Assembly (NCBI GenBank): GCA_963841735.1
Contig: CAWJDT010000001.1
Location: forward strand, 736,001-800,000
Length of the DNA stretch: 64,000 nt
Origin: an uncultured Actinomycetes bacterium
GTDB taxonomy: Bacteria > Actinomycetota > Thermoleophilia > RBG-16-64-13
Direction: 5' to 3'
Under the pieces are notes generated by a model that saw only the letters and a list, made by a program, of their open reading frames with translations, had not been told where the DNA came from and ran no database searches. The first letter of the stretch is position 1. Each line of letters begins with the position of its first letter. Below, one piece after another: positions 1 through 8,363 of this stretch. The position numbers and the translations under genes were made by a program.

Positions 1-443
1 TCGAGATCGCCGACAAGGCCCTCCACCCCGCCGTTTGCCATGACCGACGCGAGGCCGCCCGCGGCAGTCGCGACGCCAGGGGCGCGGAGGCCTATCGCGG
101 TGCCGGCCACCGTGGCTACCGCACTGGCCACTCCCAGCAGGACCGGGCCCGCCTGCCCCGTGGAGCTGAAGCCGGCGGTGGTCAGACGGAGGTCGTCGGT
201 CACGGCTACCGAGATCTTGGTGTCGCACAGCCGCATCGGCTGAACATCCAGCTTCAGCAGGGGCTCGTCGGCGGCCATGACCTCCAGTGTGGCCGTGGCT
301 TTGGCCGATTCCTTGGGCTGGTGCGGGTCGGCGGCGAACTCATCGGTGGTGAAGGTGACGTCCCCCTTGAAGCGGACGCACGAGACCGGCAGATGGTATT
401 CGAGTGTGCAACGGCGGCGTCTCCAAAGGCGGCTGGTGGCCAT
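1..443 (-). CDS. Hypothetical protein, runs off the window edge (not in ORF track)
   Basis: GGAGGT RBS before ATG at 443; open frame MATSRLWRRRRCTLEYHLPVSCVRFKGDVT... to position 1. Confidence 0.7.
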   Translation of the reverse strand, partial: MATSRLWRRRRCTLEYHLPVSCVRFKGDVTFTTDEFAADPHQPKESAKATATLEVMAADEPLLKLDVQPMRLCDTKISVAVTDDLRLTTAGFSSTGQAGPVLLGVASAVATVAGTAIGLRAPGVATAAGGLASVMANGGVEGLVGDL

Positions 444-570
444 GCTTACCTCCCCAAGGGCACGGACGTGATGGCGCCCGCCATAACAGAAGCTCGGGGA
501 GCCTCTGCGGGCCGGGGCGGGCATACCGGCACTCCCGATTATGGGCCGTCGGGACGATTAGTCAACATCC

Positions 571-604
571 TGCCAATGTGGCGGCGCGACCGCGCCGCGA
601 GGCA
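571..604 (-). promoter_or_regulatory. Putative bacterial SECIS element
   Basis: Minus-strand hairpin GCGGCGC-GGTC-GCGCCGC (581-598) plus lower TGCC/GGCA pairing; GGUC loop starts 19 nt after the UGA at 611-613. Confidence 0.6.
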
Positions 605-817
605 TCAGCCTCAGCCGAAGGGCCGGGAGCTTCCGCAACTGCCGCTGGCCCACTTGGGGTCGAGCAGCGCCCCGTTGCGCAGGTAGCTGGTGAACGTCTG
701 ACGGACCAGCGCCGAGCCGCACTTGGGGCAGTCGGTCGAGTCGTCTTTGAGCGAGCCGGGGGTGGTCACCTCGTACTCGTGCTTGCACTCTCTGCAGACT
801 ATGTCGCGCCGGGGCAT
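605..817 (-). CDS. FmdB-family (CxxC-CxxC) zinc-ribbon protein, probable C-terminal selenocysteine (611..817 if UGA is stop)
   Basis: MPRRDIVCRECKHEYE...CPKCGS; ATG overlaps ferredoxin stop (TGATG); ends TTC GGC TGA GGC TGA. Confidence 0.8.
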
Positions 818-1014
818 CAGTGCACCAGCGCTTCTTCTTTGACATGGGTGAACGCGCGGCAACTCTGGGTGCAGGCGCCGCACTCGGTGCACAGGTCCTG
901 GTCGATGCGGGGCGCCGAGTGGCTGTTGTCCTGAACGATGGCTCCCACGGGGCAAGTGCGCACGGAGGGGCACGGATGGTTCTGCGGACAGGCGTAGGGA
1001 TTGACGACGATCAT
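817..1014 (-). CDS. Small 4Fe-4S ferredoxin
   Basis: CPQNHPCPSVRTCP and CTECGACTQSC motifs; coupled to arsR by ATGA overlap. Confidence 0.9.
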   Translation of the reverse strand: MIVVNPYACPQNHPCPSVRTCPVGAIVQDNSHSAPRIDQDLCTECGACTQSCRAFTHVKEEALVH

Positions 1015-1331
1015 TTCTCGAGTACCTCCACTTTCTGGGTCAACTGGCGAGCGAGGATCTCATCGAGGAGCTCGCAGGCCTGAGAGAGACGAGGATCGAC
1101 GATCGCCCACAGCACCCGTCCATCCTCACGCGAGCGCTTCACCAGGCCCTCTCGCTGAAGCAGGGCCAAGTGCTGAGAGACGTTGGGTCGGCTGACCTCC
1201 AGGGCCAGTGCCAGCTCGCTGGGTGTGCGGGCCCCCTTACACAGCAGATGCATGAGCTCGTGTCGCGTAGGGTTGGAGAGAGCTGCGAACACGGCCGCAT
1301 GCAGGGCGTAGCGTTGTCGTTCCTCGTTCAT
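1011..1331 (-). CDS. ArsR/SmtB family transcriptional repressor
   Basis: FAALSNPTRHELM...SELALALEVSRPNVSQHLALLQREGLV winged HTH. Confidence 0.93.
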   Translation of the reverse strand: MNEERQRYALHAAVFAALSNPTRHELMHLLCKGARTPSELALALEVSRPNVSQHLALLQREGLVKRSREDGRVLWAIVDPRLSQACELLDEILARQLTQKVEVLEK

Positions 1332-1336
1332 GCCAA

Positions 1337-1366
1337 GCATTATTGCACAGTTTCGCAATTATGCAA
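1337..1366 (-). promoter_or_regulatory. Promoter with overlapping inverted repeat (probable ArsR operator)
   Basis: Minus strand TTGCAT-N16-AATAAT, 7 nt before ATG; 10-bp arms GCATAATTGC-N8-GCAATAATGC with one mismatch (1337-1364). Confidence 0.7.
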
Positions 1367-1558
1367 CAAGGGGTGGGGTTCTCTCGGCGTCCGCCAGACT
1401 CCATCGAAAGGTTGATGTCGCTGCACGGTTCCACGTACTAGTGTTCGACGGTCGGTAGACGGATGAGCCACTGTCTCGTTGCGCGTCGCCTATACTTGTC
1501 TTCAGAAGGGAATAAGATGTCAGGTTAAATCGTGAAGTCTCATTTCCTGAGGCCAGGG

Positions 1559-1789
1559 ATGGCGACCATGTATCTAACGGCTATTGTGGAAGAAGAAGGC
1601 GACGGGTTCGTGGCTCTCTGCCCCGAGCTCGACGTGGCCAGCCAAGGGGCGACCGTTGAGGAGGCTGCCGAGAATCTTCGGGAGGCTGTCGAGCTATTCC
1701 TGGAGTGCGCCGATCCGTCAGAAGTCAGTTGTCGCCTGAAGACTCGTATCTTTGTGACCCACTTCGAGGCCAACGTTGGGGCGGCTTAG
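1559..1789 (+). CDS. hicB: HicB family antitoxin (short form, no DNA-binding domain)
   Basis: LTAIVEEEGDGFVALCPELDVASQGATVEEAAENLREAVELFLE. Confidence 0.88.
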   Translation: MATMYLTAIVEEEGDGFVALCPELDVASQGATVEEAAENLREAVELFLECADPSEVSCRLKTRIFVTHFEANVGAA

Positions 1790-1997
1790 GGCCCTCTCTG
1801 GGGCCGACGTTTGTCGCATCCTCCGCGAACACGGCTTCGCTCAGATCAGGCAGAGGGGGAGTCACGTCGTGATGCAGCGTCGCCTACAAGGCTCTGTGGT
1901 GACCGTGCCTGTGCACACTCACGCTGAGCTCAAGACGGGGACGCTGGTCTCGATCATCCGCCAGTCGGGTCTTCCGCGTTCCGTGTTCGAGGAGTAG
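1776..1997 (+). CDS. hicA: HicA family mRNA interferase toxin
   Basis: ILREHGF..RQRGSHVVM...VTVPVH..ELKTGTL.SII.QSG. Confidence 0.9.
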   Translation: MGRLRALSGADVCRILREHGFAQIRQRGSHVVMQRRLQGSVVTVPVHTHAELKTGTLVSIIRQSGLPRSVFEE

Positions 1998-2019
1998 ATC
2001 GGCCCATCTCGTCGGTTTC

Positions 2020-2481
2020 CTACGACTGCAGTGGGCAGCCCTCCGCGAGTTCCTCGGCGGAGGCGGCTCGCACTTCCACGATCTCGACCTCGAAGTGGAG
2101 CCTCTTGCCGGCCAAGGGGTGGTTGCCGCTGACCATGATGCCGTCGTCGTTGATCTCGAGGATGGTCAGTTGCACGGGGCCGTTGGGCGTGTCGGCCATG
2201 ACTACCATGCCGGCCGTGAGTTCGACGCCTTCGGGTACCGTGTCGTGGGAAAGGGTGATGATGGCATCCGGATCGTCTTCGCCGTAGGCTTCGGCAGGCT
2301 CGACCACGACCGAGTGGCGCTCGCCGGGCTTGGCGCCCTCCAGGCCTTTTTCCAAGCCGGGGATGATGTTGCCGTAGCCGTGCAGGTACACGAGGGGCTC
2401 TTGCGAGCTGTCGATCAGTTCGTCGTCATCGTCCTTGAGCGTGTAGTTCATGGCGACCACCGCGCCGTGAGTGACTTCCAT
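2020..2481 (-). CDS. slyD: FKBP-type peptidyl-prolyl isomerase, SlyD-like
   Basis: YLHGYGNIIPGLEKGLEG, PAEAYG, NHPLAGKRLHFEVEIVEVR; start moved to ATG 2481 behind an RBS. Confidence 0.9.
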   Translation of the reverse strand: MEVTHGAVVAMNYTLKDDDDELIDSSQEPLVYLHGYGNIIPGLEKGLEGAKPGERHSVVVEPAEAYGEDDPDAIITLSHDTVPEGVELTAGMVVMADTPNGPVQLTILEINDDGIMVSGNHPLAGKRLHFEVEIVEVRAASAEELAEGCPLQS

Positions 2482-2652
2482 TCGAACGTTCCCTTCTGTG
2501 GGGTCGGCAGTTGTGAGCAGGCAGTCTACATGGCTGGGCCGCACTCTGCGATGTGGCGTGACGACGGAGCGCGCTAGACCGGCGGCCCGGTTTCGCATGG
2601 GCGCTTTCAAGGTATATACGGCCATGGTCTTCCGATAGAACGGGGCCGGCTC

Positions 2653-4335
2653 ATGGGCAAGGGTGTGCAGTTTTCTGTGGGCATGCGTCTGGGTGACATC
2701 CTGGTGGATCGAGGGGTGATCACCGAGGAGCAGCTAGCTCAGGCCGTGCGCTACCAGAGTGATACTGGAGCGCGGTTGGGTGAGGCCCTCAGTCAACTGG
2801 GCCTCATCACTCCTGTCGAGTTGCACGAAGCGCTGGCTTGGCAGAGTTCCTACGGTGTTTCGGGGTTTGGTGAGCTGCTGCCGCATCCGCAGGCGTCCAG
2901 GTTGCTCACCGAGAAATTCTGTCGTGCGCGCGGAGTGCTGCCTGTGAACTTTGACGGAGAGAAGGTCCTGATTCTGGCCATGGTCGATCCGGCGGACGTA
3001 CTCACCGTCGACGACGTGCGTTTGATCACGGGCTTGGAGGTTAGGGCCGTGGTCACCACTCCTGCCGCCATCCGGGAGGCCTGGGAAGCGGTGTTCAGCG
3101 GGAGGGGTCGTCTCGAAGTCGGCGCCGTCCCGGTACAGACGGTCGAGCCTGAAGAGCGGAAGGCGGCGGAACACGACGCTGTGATCTCCGTGGTGGACGA
3201 TGTCATTCTCACCGCGATGCGCCGGAAGGCTTCCGACATCCACTTTGAGCCGCAGGAAGACGGCATGGTGGTCCGGCTGAGGGTCGATGGCATTCTCTAT
3301 GGCCTTAGCACCATCAGCAAGGAACTTAGGCAGGGCGTAGTCTCGCGCATCAAGATCCTGGGTGACATGAATATCGCCGACAAGCGGCTTCCGCAGGACG
3401 GGCGGGCCACCTTCCGGACAGATGAGGGATCCATAGACCTGCGTATCGCCACAATTCCTACCGTCCATGGCGAGAACGTGACCGTCCGCCTGCTCGATGA
3501 CCGAGGCGCTGTGGTCACGCTGGAACAATTGGGCATGGGGGAGCGCGAGCTGGCCCTTTTCCGCCAAGCGATCAAACGTCCGTGGGGCGAGGTGCTTGTG
3601 ACCGGTCCGACAGGCTCGGGCAAGTCCACCACCTTGTATGCGGGGCTAGAGGAGATCAACAACCCCAAGGTGAAGATCTACACAGTGGAAGACCCGGTGG
3701 AGCGCCGCATAGCCGGGGTGATGCAGTCTCAGGCCCGGGCGAACATCGGGCTGACCTTCGCCTCTCTGCTGCGGGCGCTAGTGCGTAGCGACCCCGACAT
3801 CATCATGGTCGGGGAGATCCGGGACCATGAGACCGCCATGATAGCCACTGAGGCCTCGCTCACCGGCCATCTGGTGCTCTCTACCTTGCATACCAATGAT
3901 GCTCCGACGGCCATAACCCGTCTGGTGGAAATGGGGATGCCGGCGTATTTGATCGCCTCGGCGCTGGAGTTGGTGGTGGCGCAAAGGCTGGCACGCCGTC
4001 TGTGCGCCCGTTGCAAGGAGACGGTGACTCTCACCGAGGCTGGGATGACCGAAGAGGAGAAGCACTTCTTGGGCGCGGGCATCGGTACGGCGCAGATCGC
4101 CCGGCCCGTGGGGTGTGGCCGCTGCTACAACACAGGGTACAGTGGGCGAGTGGGGCTCTTCGAAGTGCTGCCGGTGACCCGGGATATCCGGCGTCTGATC
4201 TTGGACGACGCTTCGGTCGACCAGATACGCGAGCGAGCAGCGGCTGAAGGCATACGGGGGCTGCGCGAAGACGGACGCCTGAAGGTCCTGGCCGGGCTCA
4301 CCAGCATCGCCGAGGTGCTCCGGGTGACGATGTAG
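2653..4335 (+). CDS. GspE/PilB family assembly ATPase with N-terminal MshEN domain
   Basis: RLGDILVDRG...RLGEAL; Walker A GPTGSGKST; RSDPDIIMVGEIRD; tetracysteine motif. Confidence 0.93.
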   Translation: MGKGVQFSVGMRLGDILVDRGVITEEQLAQAVRYQSDTGARLGEALSQLGLITPVELHEALAWQSSYGVSGFGELLPHPQASRLLTEKFCRARGVLPVNFDGEKVLILAMVDPADVLTVDDVRLITGLEVRAVVTTPAAIREAWEAVFSGRGRLEVGAVPVQTVEPEERKAAEHDAVISVVDDVILTAMRRKASDIHFEPQEDGMVVRLRVDGILYGLSTISKELRQGVVSRIKILGDMNIADKRLPQDGRATFRTDEGSIDLRIATIPTVHGENVTVRLLDDRGAVVTLEQLGMGERELALFRQAIKRPWGEVLVTGPTGSGKSTTLYAGLEEINNPKVKIYTVEDPVERRIAGVMQSQARANIGLTFASLLRALVRSDPDIIMVGEIRDHETAMIATEASLTGHLVLSTLHTNDAPTAITRLVEMGMPAYLIASALELVVAQRLARRLCARCKETVTLTEAGMTEEEKHFLGAGIGTAQIARPVGCGRCYNTGYSGRVGLFEVLPVTRDIRRLILDDASVDQIRERAAAEGIRGLREDGRLKVLAGLTSIAEVLRVTM

Positions 4336-4389
4336 GCCGGCGCGGGTGCCGTCGGGCGCCGTGACCACCTCGGTCGGCGCGGGCTCTTC

Positions 4390-6104
4390 TCAGCCGGCCA
4401 GCAACTTCCTACCCTGCCGCCTCAACGCCTCCAGCAGCCGGTCCAGGTGTTCGGGGGTGGTGAGCGGGTTGATGATGGTCACGCGCAGCGCGCCCACGCC
4501 CTGGTGCTTCGAGGGCACGATGTAGAACTCGCCCGATTCGATGAGGCGGCGGCGCAGCTCCAGTTGAAAGTCGCCGAGGCGCTCTGCCGGGGCGTCGCGC
4601 AGCTCGGCCGGGAGGTGGCGGAACACCACGATGTTGCACTCGGGCTCATGGAGCGGGACGAAGTCCTCGGCCTCCGACAGCTTCTCGTAGAAGGTGCGGC
4701 CCAGGGCGAAGGTGACGTCTACCATGTCGGCGAAGAGCTGTCGGCCGAACAGTGACCACACCCCCCATAGCCCGAAGGCCGCGGCCCGCTTGGTGCATTC
4801 CACGGTGCGCACGCCGCTATCGTATTCGGCCAGGCCGGGAGCGGCCGGATCGAAGAGGTAGGGCGCGTCTTGACGGAAGGCGTCGAAGCCATGGGCCTTG
4901 TCACGGTAGAGCACGAAGGCGCAGAGGGCCGGTACGAAGAGCATCTTGTGGGCGTCCCAGACGACGCTGTCGGCCAGTTCCAGGCCCGGCCAGCAGGTGG
5001 CGGTGCCGGTCGCTTAGCAGGGCCGCGCCCCCGTGGGCGGCGTCGACGTGCAGCCAGACTCCGTGGCGGCGACAGACGGCGGCGATGTCGACCAGCGGGT
5101 CGAAGGCCCCAGTGGGCGTGGCGCAGGCGCAGGCGACAACGGCCACGATGGGGCTGTTCTGGGCGCGGAGGCGGGTGAGCTCGGCGTCGAGCTGCTGGGG
5201 GTCCATGCGGCCCCGGTCGTCGAGGCCGACGCGGACGATCTGGCGCGAACCGAGGCCGAGGATGCCGGCGGCCCGGGCCACGCTGTAGTGGGCATCGGCG
5301 TGAGCGAGCATGACCGGGGGCGCGGTGGCGGCGCCCAGGCGCGACTCGCGGTGGTATAGCCCCCGCTCGGGTCTGGGTGGCGCAGCCTCGTGGGTGAGAG
5401 CCGACAGTTGGGCGGGCTCGGGGCTGTTAGATGCCGGTGCGGCGGGGCCCCGCTCGGGTCTGGGTGGCGCAGCCTGGTGTGCCAGTTTGTCTAGTCCCTC
5501 GCGGTGGAGCCCGTCCCAGGCGAGTCCGTGATCCCACGAGTCGCTCAGGGCGACGTTGCGGGCCGTGAGTAGGGCCGTGAGATTCGCCGAGAGATCCGCC
5601 GTGCGTGATGGCTCCGGCGAAGGTGTCGGGCGCCCAGCCGACGGCCTGGCCGACTTCGGCGACCAGGGCTCGTTCAACGGCGGTGGCCCAGGGGCCCATT
5701 TCGTAGATGGCCATGCACTGGTTGGTGACCGAGCCGACGGCGTCGAAGAGGCCGGCCAGTGGCACCGGTGCGGGGACTTGGTGGCCGATGTAGCGCGGAT
5801 CGTGGAGATTCAGGCCCCGGTCGAGCATTATCTGGACGAGGCGGGAGAAGTCCTCGGCAGTCGTGGAGCCGGAGGTGCTGCCGTTCTGGCTGGGGTCCGA
5901 ACCCTGAAGAATCGCGGCGGCGTCGCGGATCGCCTCGGGCGGGTCAACCCACGGCAAGACCGGCCCCTCCGAACGTTGGACTCGGGTCAGGTGCGCGGCC
6001 AATAGGTCGGCCAGGCGGTGCCCGGCGTCTTCAAGGAGGCGGGGGTCGTACGCGGCGGCGATGCGCTCCCGGGCTGCGGTGAGATCGTCTTGGTGTGCTG
6101 ACAT
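4390..6104 (-). CDS. Group II PLP-dependent decarboxylase (DABA/aromatic amino acid decarboxylase-like), two +1 frameshifts near 5588 and 4986
   Basis: HDPRYIGHQ, THGGSL(ANL), AHYS, WLHVDAAHGG, DSVVWDAHK(M) spread over three frames. Confidence 0.85.
5345..5507. repeat. In-frame insertion with two 28-bp direct repeats, bounded by 10-bp direct repeats
   Basis: CCCCGCTCGGGTCTGGGTGGCGCAGCCT at 5361-5388 and 5448-5475; CTCGCGGTGG at 5345-5354 and 5498-5507. Confidence 0.8.
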
Positions 6105-6262
6105 AGTGCGACGCCTCTTTGGTGGTGATTTGGTACGGGTATTGTCCGCCGACTGCTCGTTGGGCGCAATGGGGAAGGCTCAGTGTCGCAACGCCTGAAA
6201 TGCGCGACTCTCTTGCCGTCTTAGACCCACGCTACTCACCCCCGCGCCGGTATGCCGAGCTC

Positions 6263-6290
6263 TTGACTATTAGTAACTGCGTAGTATGGT
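6263..6290 (+). promoter_or_regulatory. Sigma70-type promoter upstream of padR
   Basis: TTGACT-N16-TATGGT in an AT-rich patch. Confidence 0.5.
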
Positions 6291-6411
6291 GGGGTTATGA
6301 ATGGGCCCCGCGGTTCGCGGAGACTTATGCAGGCTCATGAGGATCAGCAAGGATCACAAGGCTCGCCGGACGGTCGTCAGCCGGCGCATCGATAATCGGA
6401 GGCCAAACTGA

Positions 6412-6843
6412 ATGATAGACATGCCGTCAACACCACTTCAGAGTGAGGTTTCGCCGTACCTGTCCGGCGGCGCGGAGGCCCCGGAGGTCGTGGGGGCCTC
6501 GCTGCGCAAGTTCCAAAAGGAGCTGAGCTCGGGCATCGTGTCGCTCGCGCTGCTGGCGCTCCTCGCGCAGGCCGACCAACCGCTGTACGGCTACCAGATC
6601 GCCAAGGAGCTCGAGGGATTCGGCGAGGGATTGCCGGTGAAACAAGGGACCCTGTACCCGGTTCTGCGATCGCTTGAGGCCGGCGGGTTGCTTTCGAGCG
6701 AGGTGGAACCTTCGGTGGCGGGACCTCCCCGCCGCTACTACCGGGTGACCGAGGAGGGCAAGCAGGCGATGGGTCTGTGGCAGGGATCGTGGAAAAGGAC
6801 TCGCGAATTCGTGGACGCTGTTCTGGGGGGGACCATGCCATGA
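6412..6843 (+). CDS. PadR family transcriptional regulator
   Basis: YGYQIAKEL...QGTLYPVLRSLEAGGLL...PPRRYYRVTEEG. Confidence 0.92.
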   Translation: MIDMPSTPLQSEVSPYLSGGAEAPEVVGASLRKFQKELSSGIVSLALLALLAQADQPLYGYQIAKELEGFGEGLPVKQGTLYPVLRSLEAGGLLSSEVEPSVAGPPRRYYRVTEEGKQAMGLWQGSWKRTREFVDAVLGGTMP

Positions 6844-8021
6844 GGAAGGCATTAATCCTGGGTTCCGTGGTGGTGTTCGCCCTTGCGCTGCTGCTGGTCG
6901 CCTGCACCGGCGCTGAGACCACCACGACCACCACGACCACTGTGACCGTGCTGACCACCACCACAGTGGACTCGGTCGTCACGACGGCGGCCGCGACCAC
7001 GACTTCCACATATCCGGAGGGGACCTGGACCCTCACCTTCAACATGCCGCTCCCCGCTGCCGACAGGATCGCCATCGTGAGCGAGATGTGGCAGAGTGAG
7101 GTCTCTGCGCGGACACACGGAGCCGTTAGATTCGAGTATCTCTCGGGCGCCTCGCTTACGGCCGCCGACAAGGTCTATGACGGAGTGGTGGCTGGTGACT
7201 CGGACCTGGGCTTCTTCGCCCTGGCCGATACTCCGGGGGGCTTTCCGGTGATGGAGTTCGTGGACATGCCCAACGGGTATCCCTCTGGGTATGTCGCGAC
7301 CAGGGTTGCAAGTGACTTCTACAGGCGCTTTGTGCCGGCCGAACTCGACAAAGTGCATGTACTCGCCGTGTCTGCGACCGGCCCCCAGGTGTTGCTCACG
7401 GCCGAGAAGCCCGTGCGGACTCTCGCAGACGCCGAAGGGGTTGTGCTGGGAGGGGACGGAGTGGGCGCCGCCGCGGCCGCTCTTCTGGGGGCGGAAGTCC
7501 ACTCCGCGACTCCGAATGAAGTCTTTGGCTTGATGTCTGAGGGGATCATCGCCGGGACCATCGCATCGCGCCAGGTCCTTCTAGGCCGGAAACAGGCGGA
7601 GTTGGTCGGGTATGTCACGGAGTGCTCGTCGGTCGGTTCCACCCGCACGATGTGCCTGGCTATGAGCAAAGGCAAGTGGGACGGACTTCCGGTGGATATC
7701 CGGCAAGTGTTGACCGATGTCAGTCGGGAGTATTTGGACTACTGGGCGAAGGTGGCTTCGGCCAACGACTATGACGCCGTGGCTTTCTTCCGAGCGCAGC
7801 CGGGTGGCGAGGTGATTGCCATCGATGCGAGTGAGGCCGCTCTCTGGAAGATCGCCGTGCGGCCCATGATCGATGAAAAGCTGGCGGCTATTCACGACTC
7901 CGCCAACGGCTACGAGGCGTTTCTGCTCGATCGGCTGGACTTCTGGACAACGAACGGGCTCTCTGGCCAAGAATGCTCCGTGTGGGTGGCGGACAACATC
8001 GTTGTGCCGGCGGTACCCTAG
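6840..8021 (+). CDS. TRAP transporter substrate-binding lipoprotein (DctP-like)
   Basis: Lipobox LVAC, Thr-rich linker, THGAVRFEYLSGASL...VYDGVVAG, WDGLPVDIRQVL; ATGA overlap with padR. Confidence 0.8.
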   Translation: MRKALILGSVVVFALALLLVACTGAETTTTTTTTVTVLTTTTVDSVVTTAAATTTSTYPEGTWTLTFNMPLPAADRIAIVSEMWQSEVSARTHGAVRFEYLSGASLTAADKVYDGVVAGDSDLGFFALADTPGGFPVMEFVDMPNGYPSGYVATRVASDFYRRFVPAELDKVHVLAVSATGPQVLLTAEKPVRTLADAEGVVLGGDGVGAAAAALLGAEVHSATPNEVFGLMSEGIIAGTIASRQVLLGRKQAELVGYVTECSSVGSTRTMCLAMSKGKWDGLPVDIRQVLTDVSREYLDYWAKVASANDYDAVAFFRAQPGGEVIAIDASEAALWKIAVRPMIDEKLAAIHDSANGYEAFLLDRLDFWTTNGLSGQECSVWVADNIVVPAVP

Positions 8022-8110
8022 GACGTGCGGCGCGACGCCGGCGGTCGCAAAACGTCCGTCTGCCAGTGGTATCGTACCGGGGCATGTGAAGCGCGGGATA
8101 GGAGGACATG

Positions 8111-8296
8111 GTGCCCCTCATCGTCGTCAAGATGCTGGAAGGTCGCAGTGTCGAACAAAAGCGCCGGCTGGTGCGTGAACTCACCACGGTGGTGACGAAG
8201 TACACCGGCGCCCCCGAAGAGCAGGTAGACGTGATCATCGAGGACTACCCAAAGGAGAACTGGGCCAAAGCCGGCGTTCTCTTTTACGACAAGTAG
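8111..8296 (+). CDS. 4-oxalocrotonate tautomerase family protein
   Basis: GTG start after GGAGG gives catalytic Pro1; GRSVEQKRRLV...ENWAKAG. Confidence 0.9.
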   Translation: MPLIVVKMLEGRSVEQKRRLVRELTTVVTKYTGAPEEQVDVIIEDYPKENWAKAGVLFYDK

Positions 8297-8363
8297 TGGC
8301 CGCGGCAGTGGAGTCGGTAGCGGCATCGCTCGGACCTAGGGCCCGCGGGGTAGGGGCGCGGCT

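Noticed and set aside
1559-1997. hicBA as the marker of a prophage or island
   Set aside because: No integrase, att site or phage genes nearby
5361-5475. 28-bp direct repeats as a mini-CRISPR
   Set aside because: Only two copies, 59-bp spacer, inside a CDS, no cas genes
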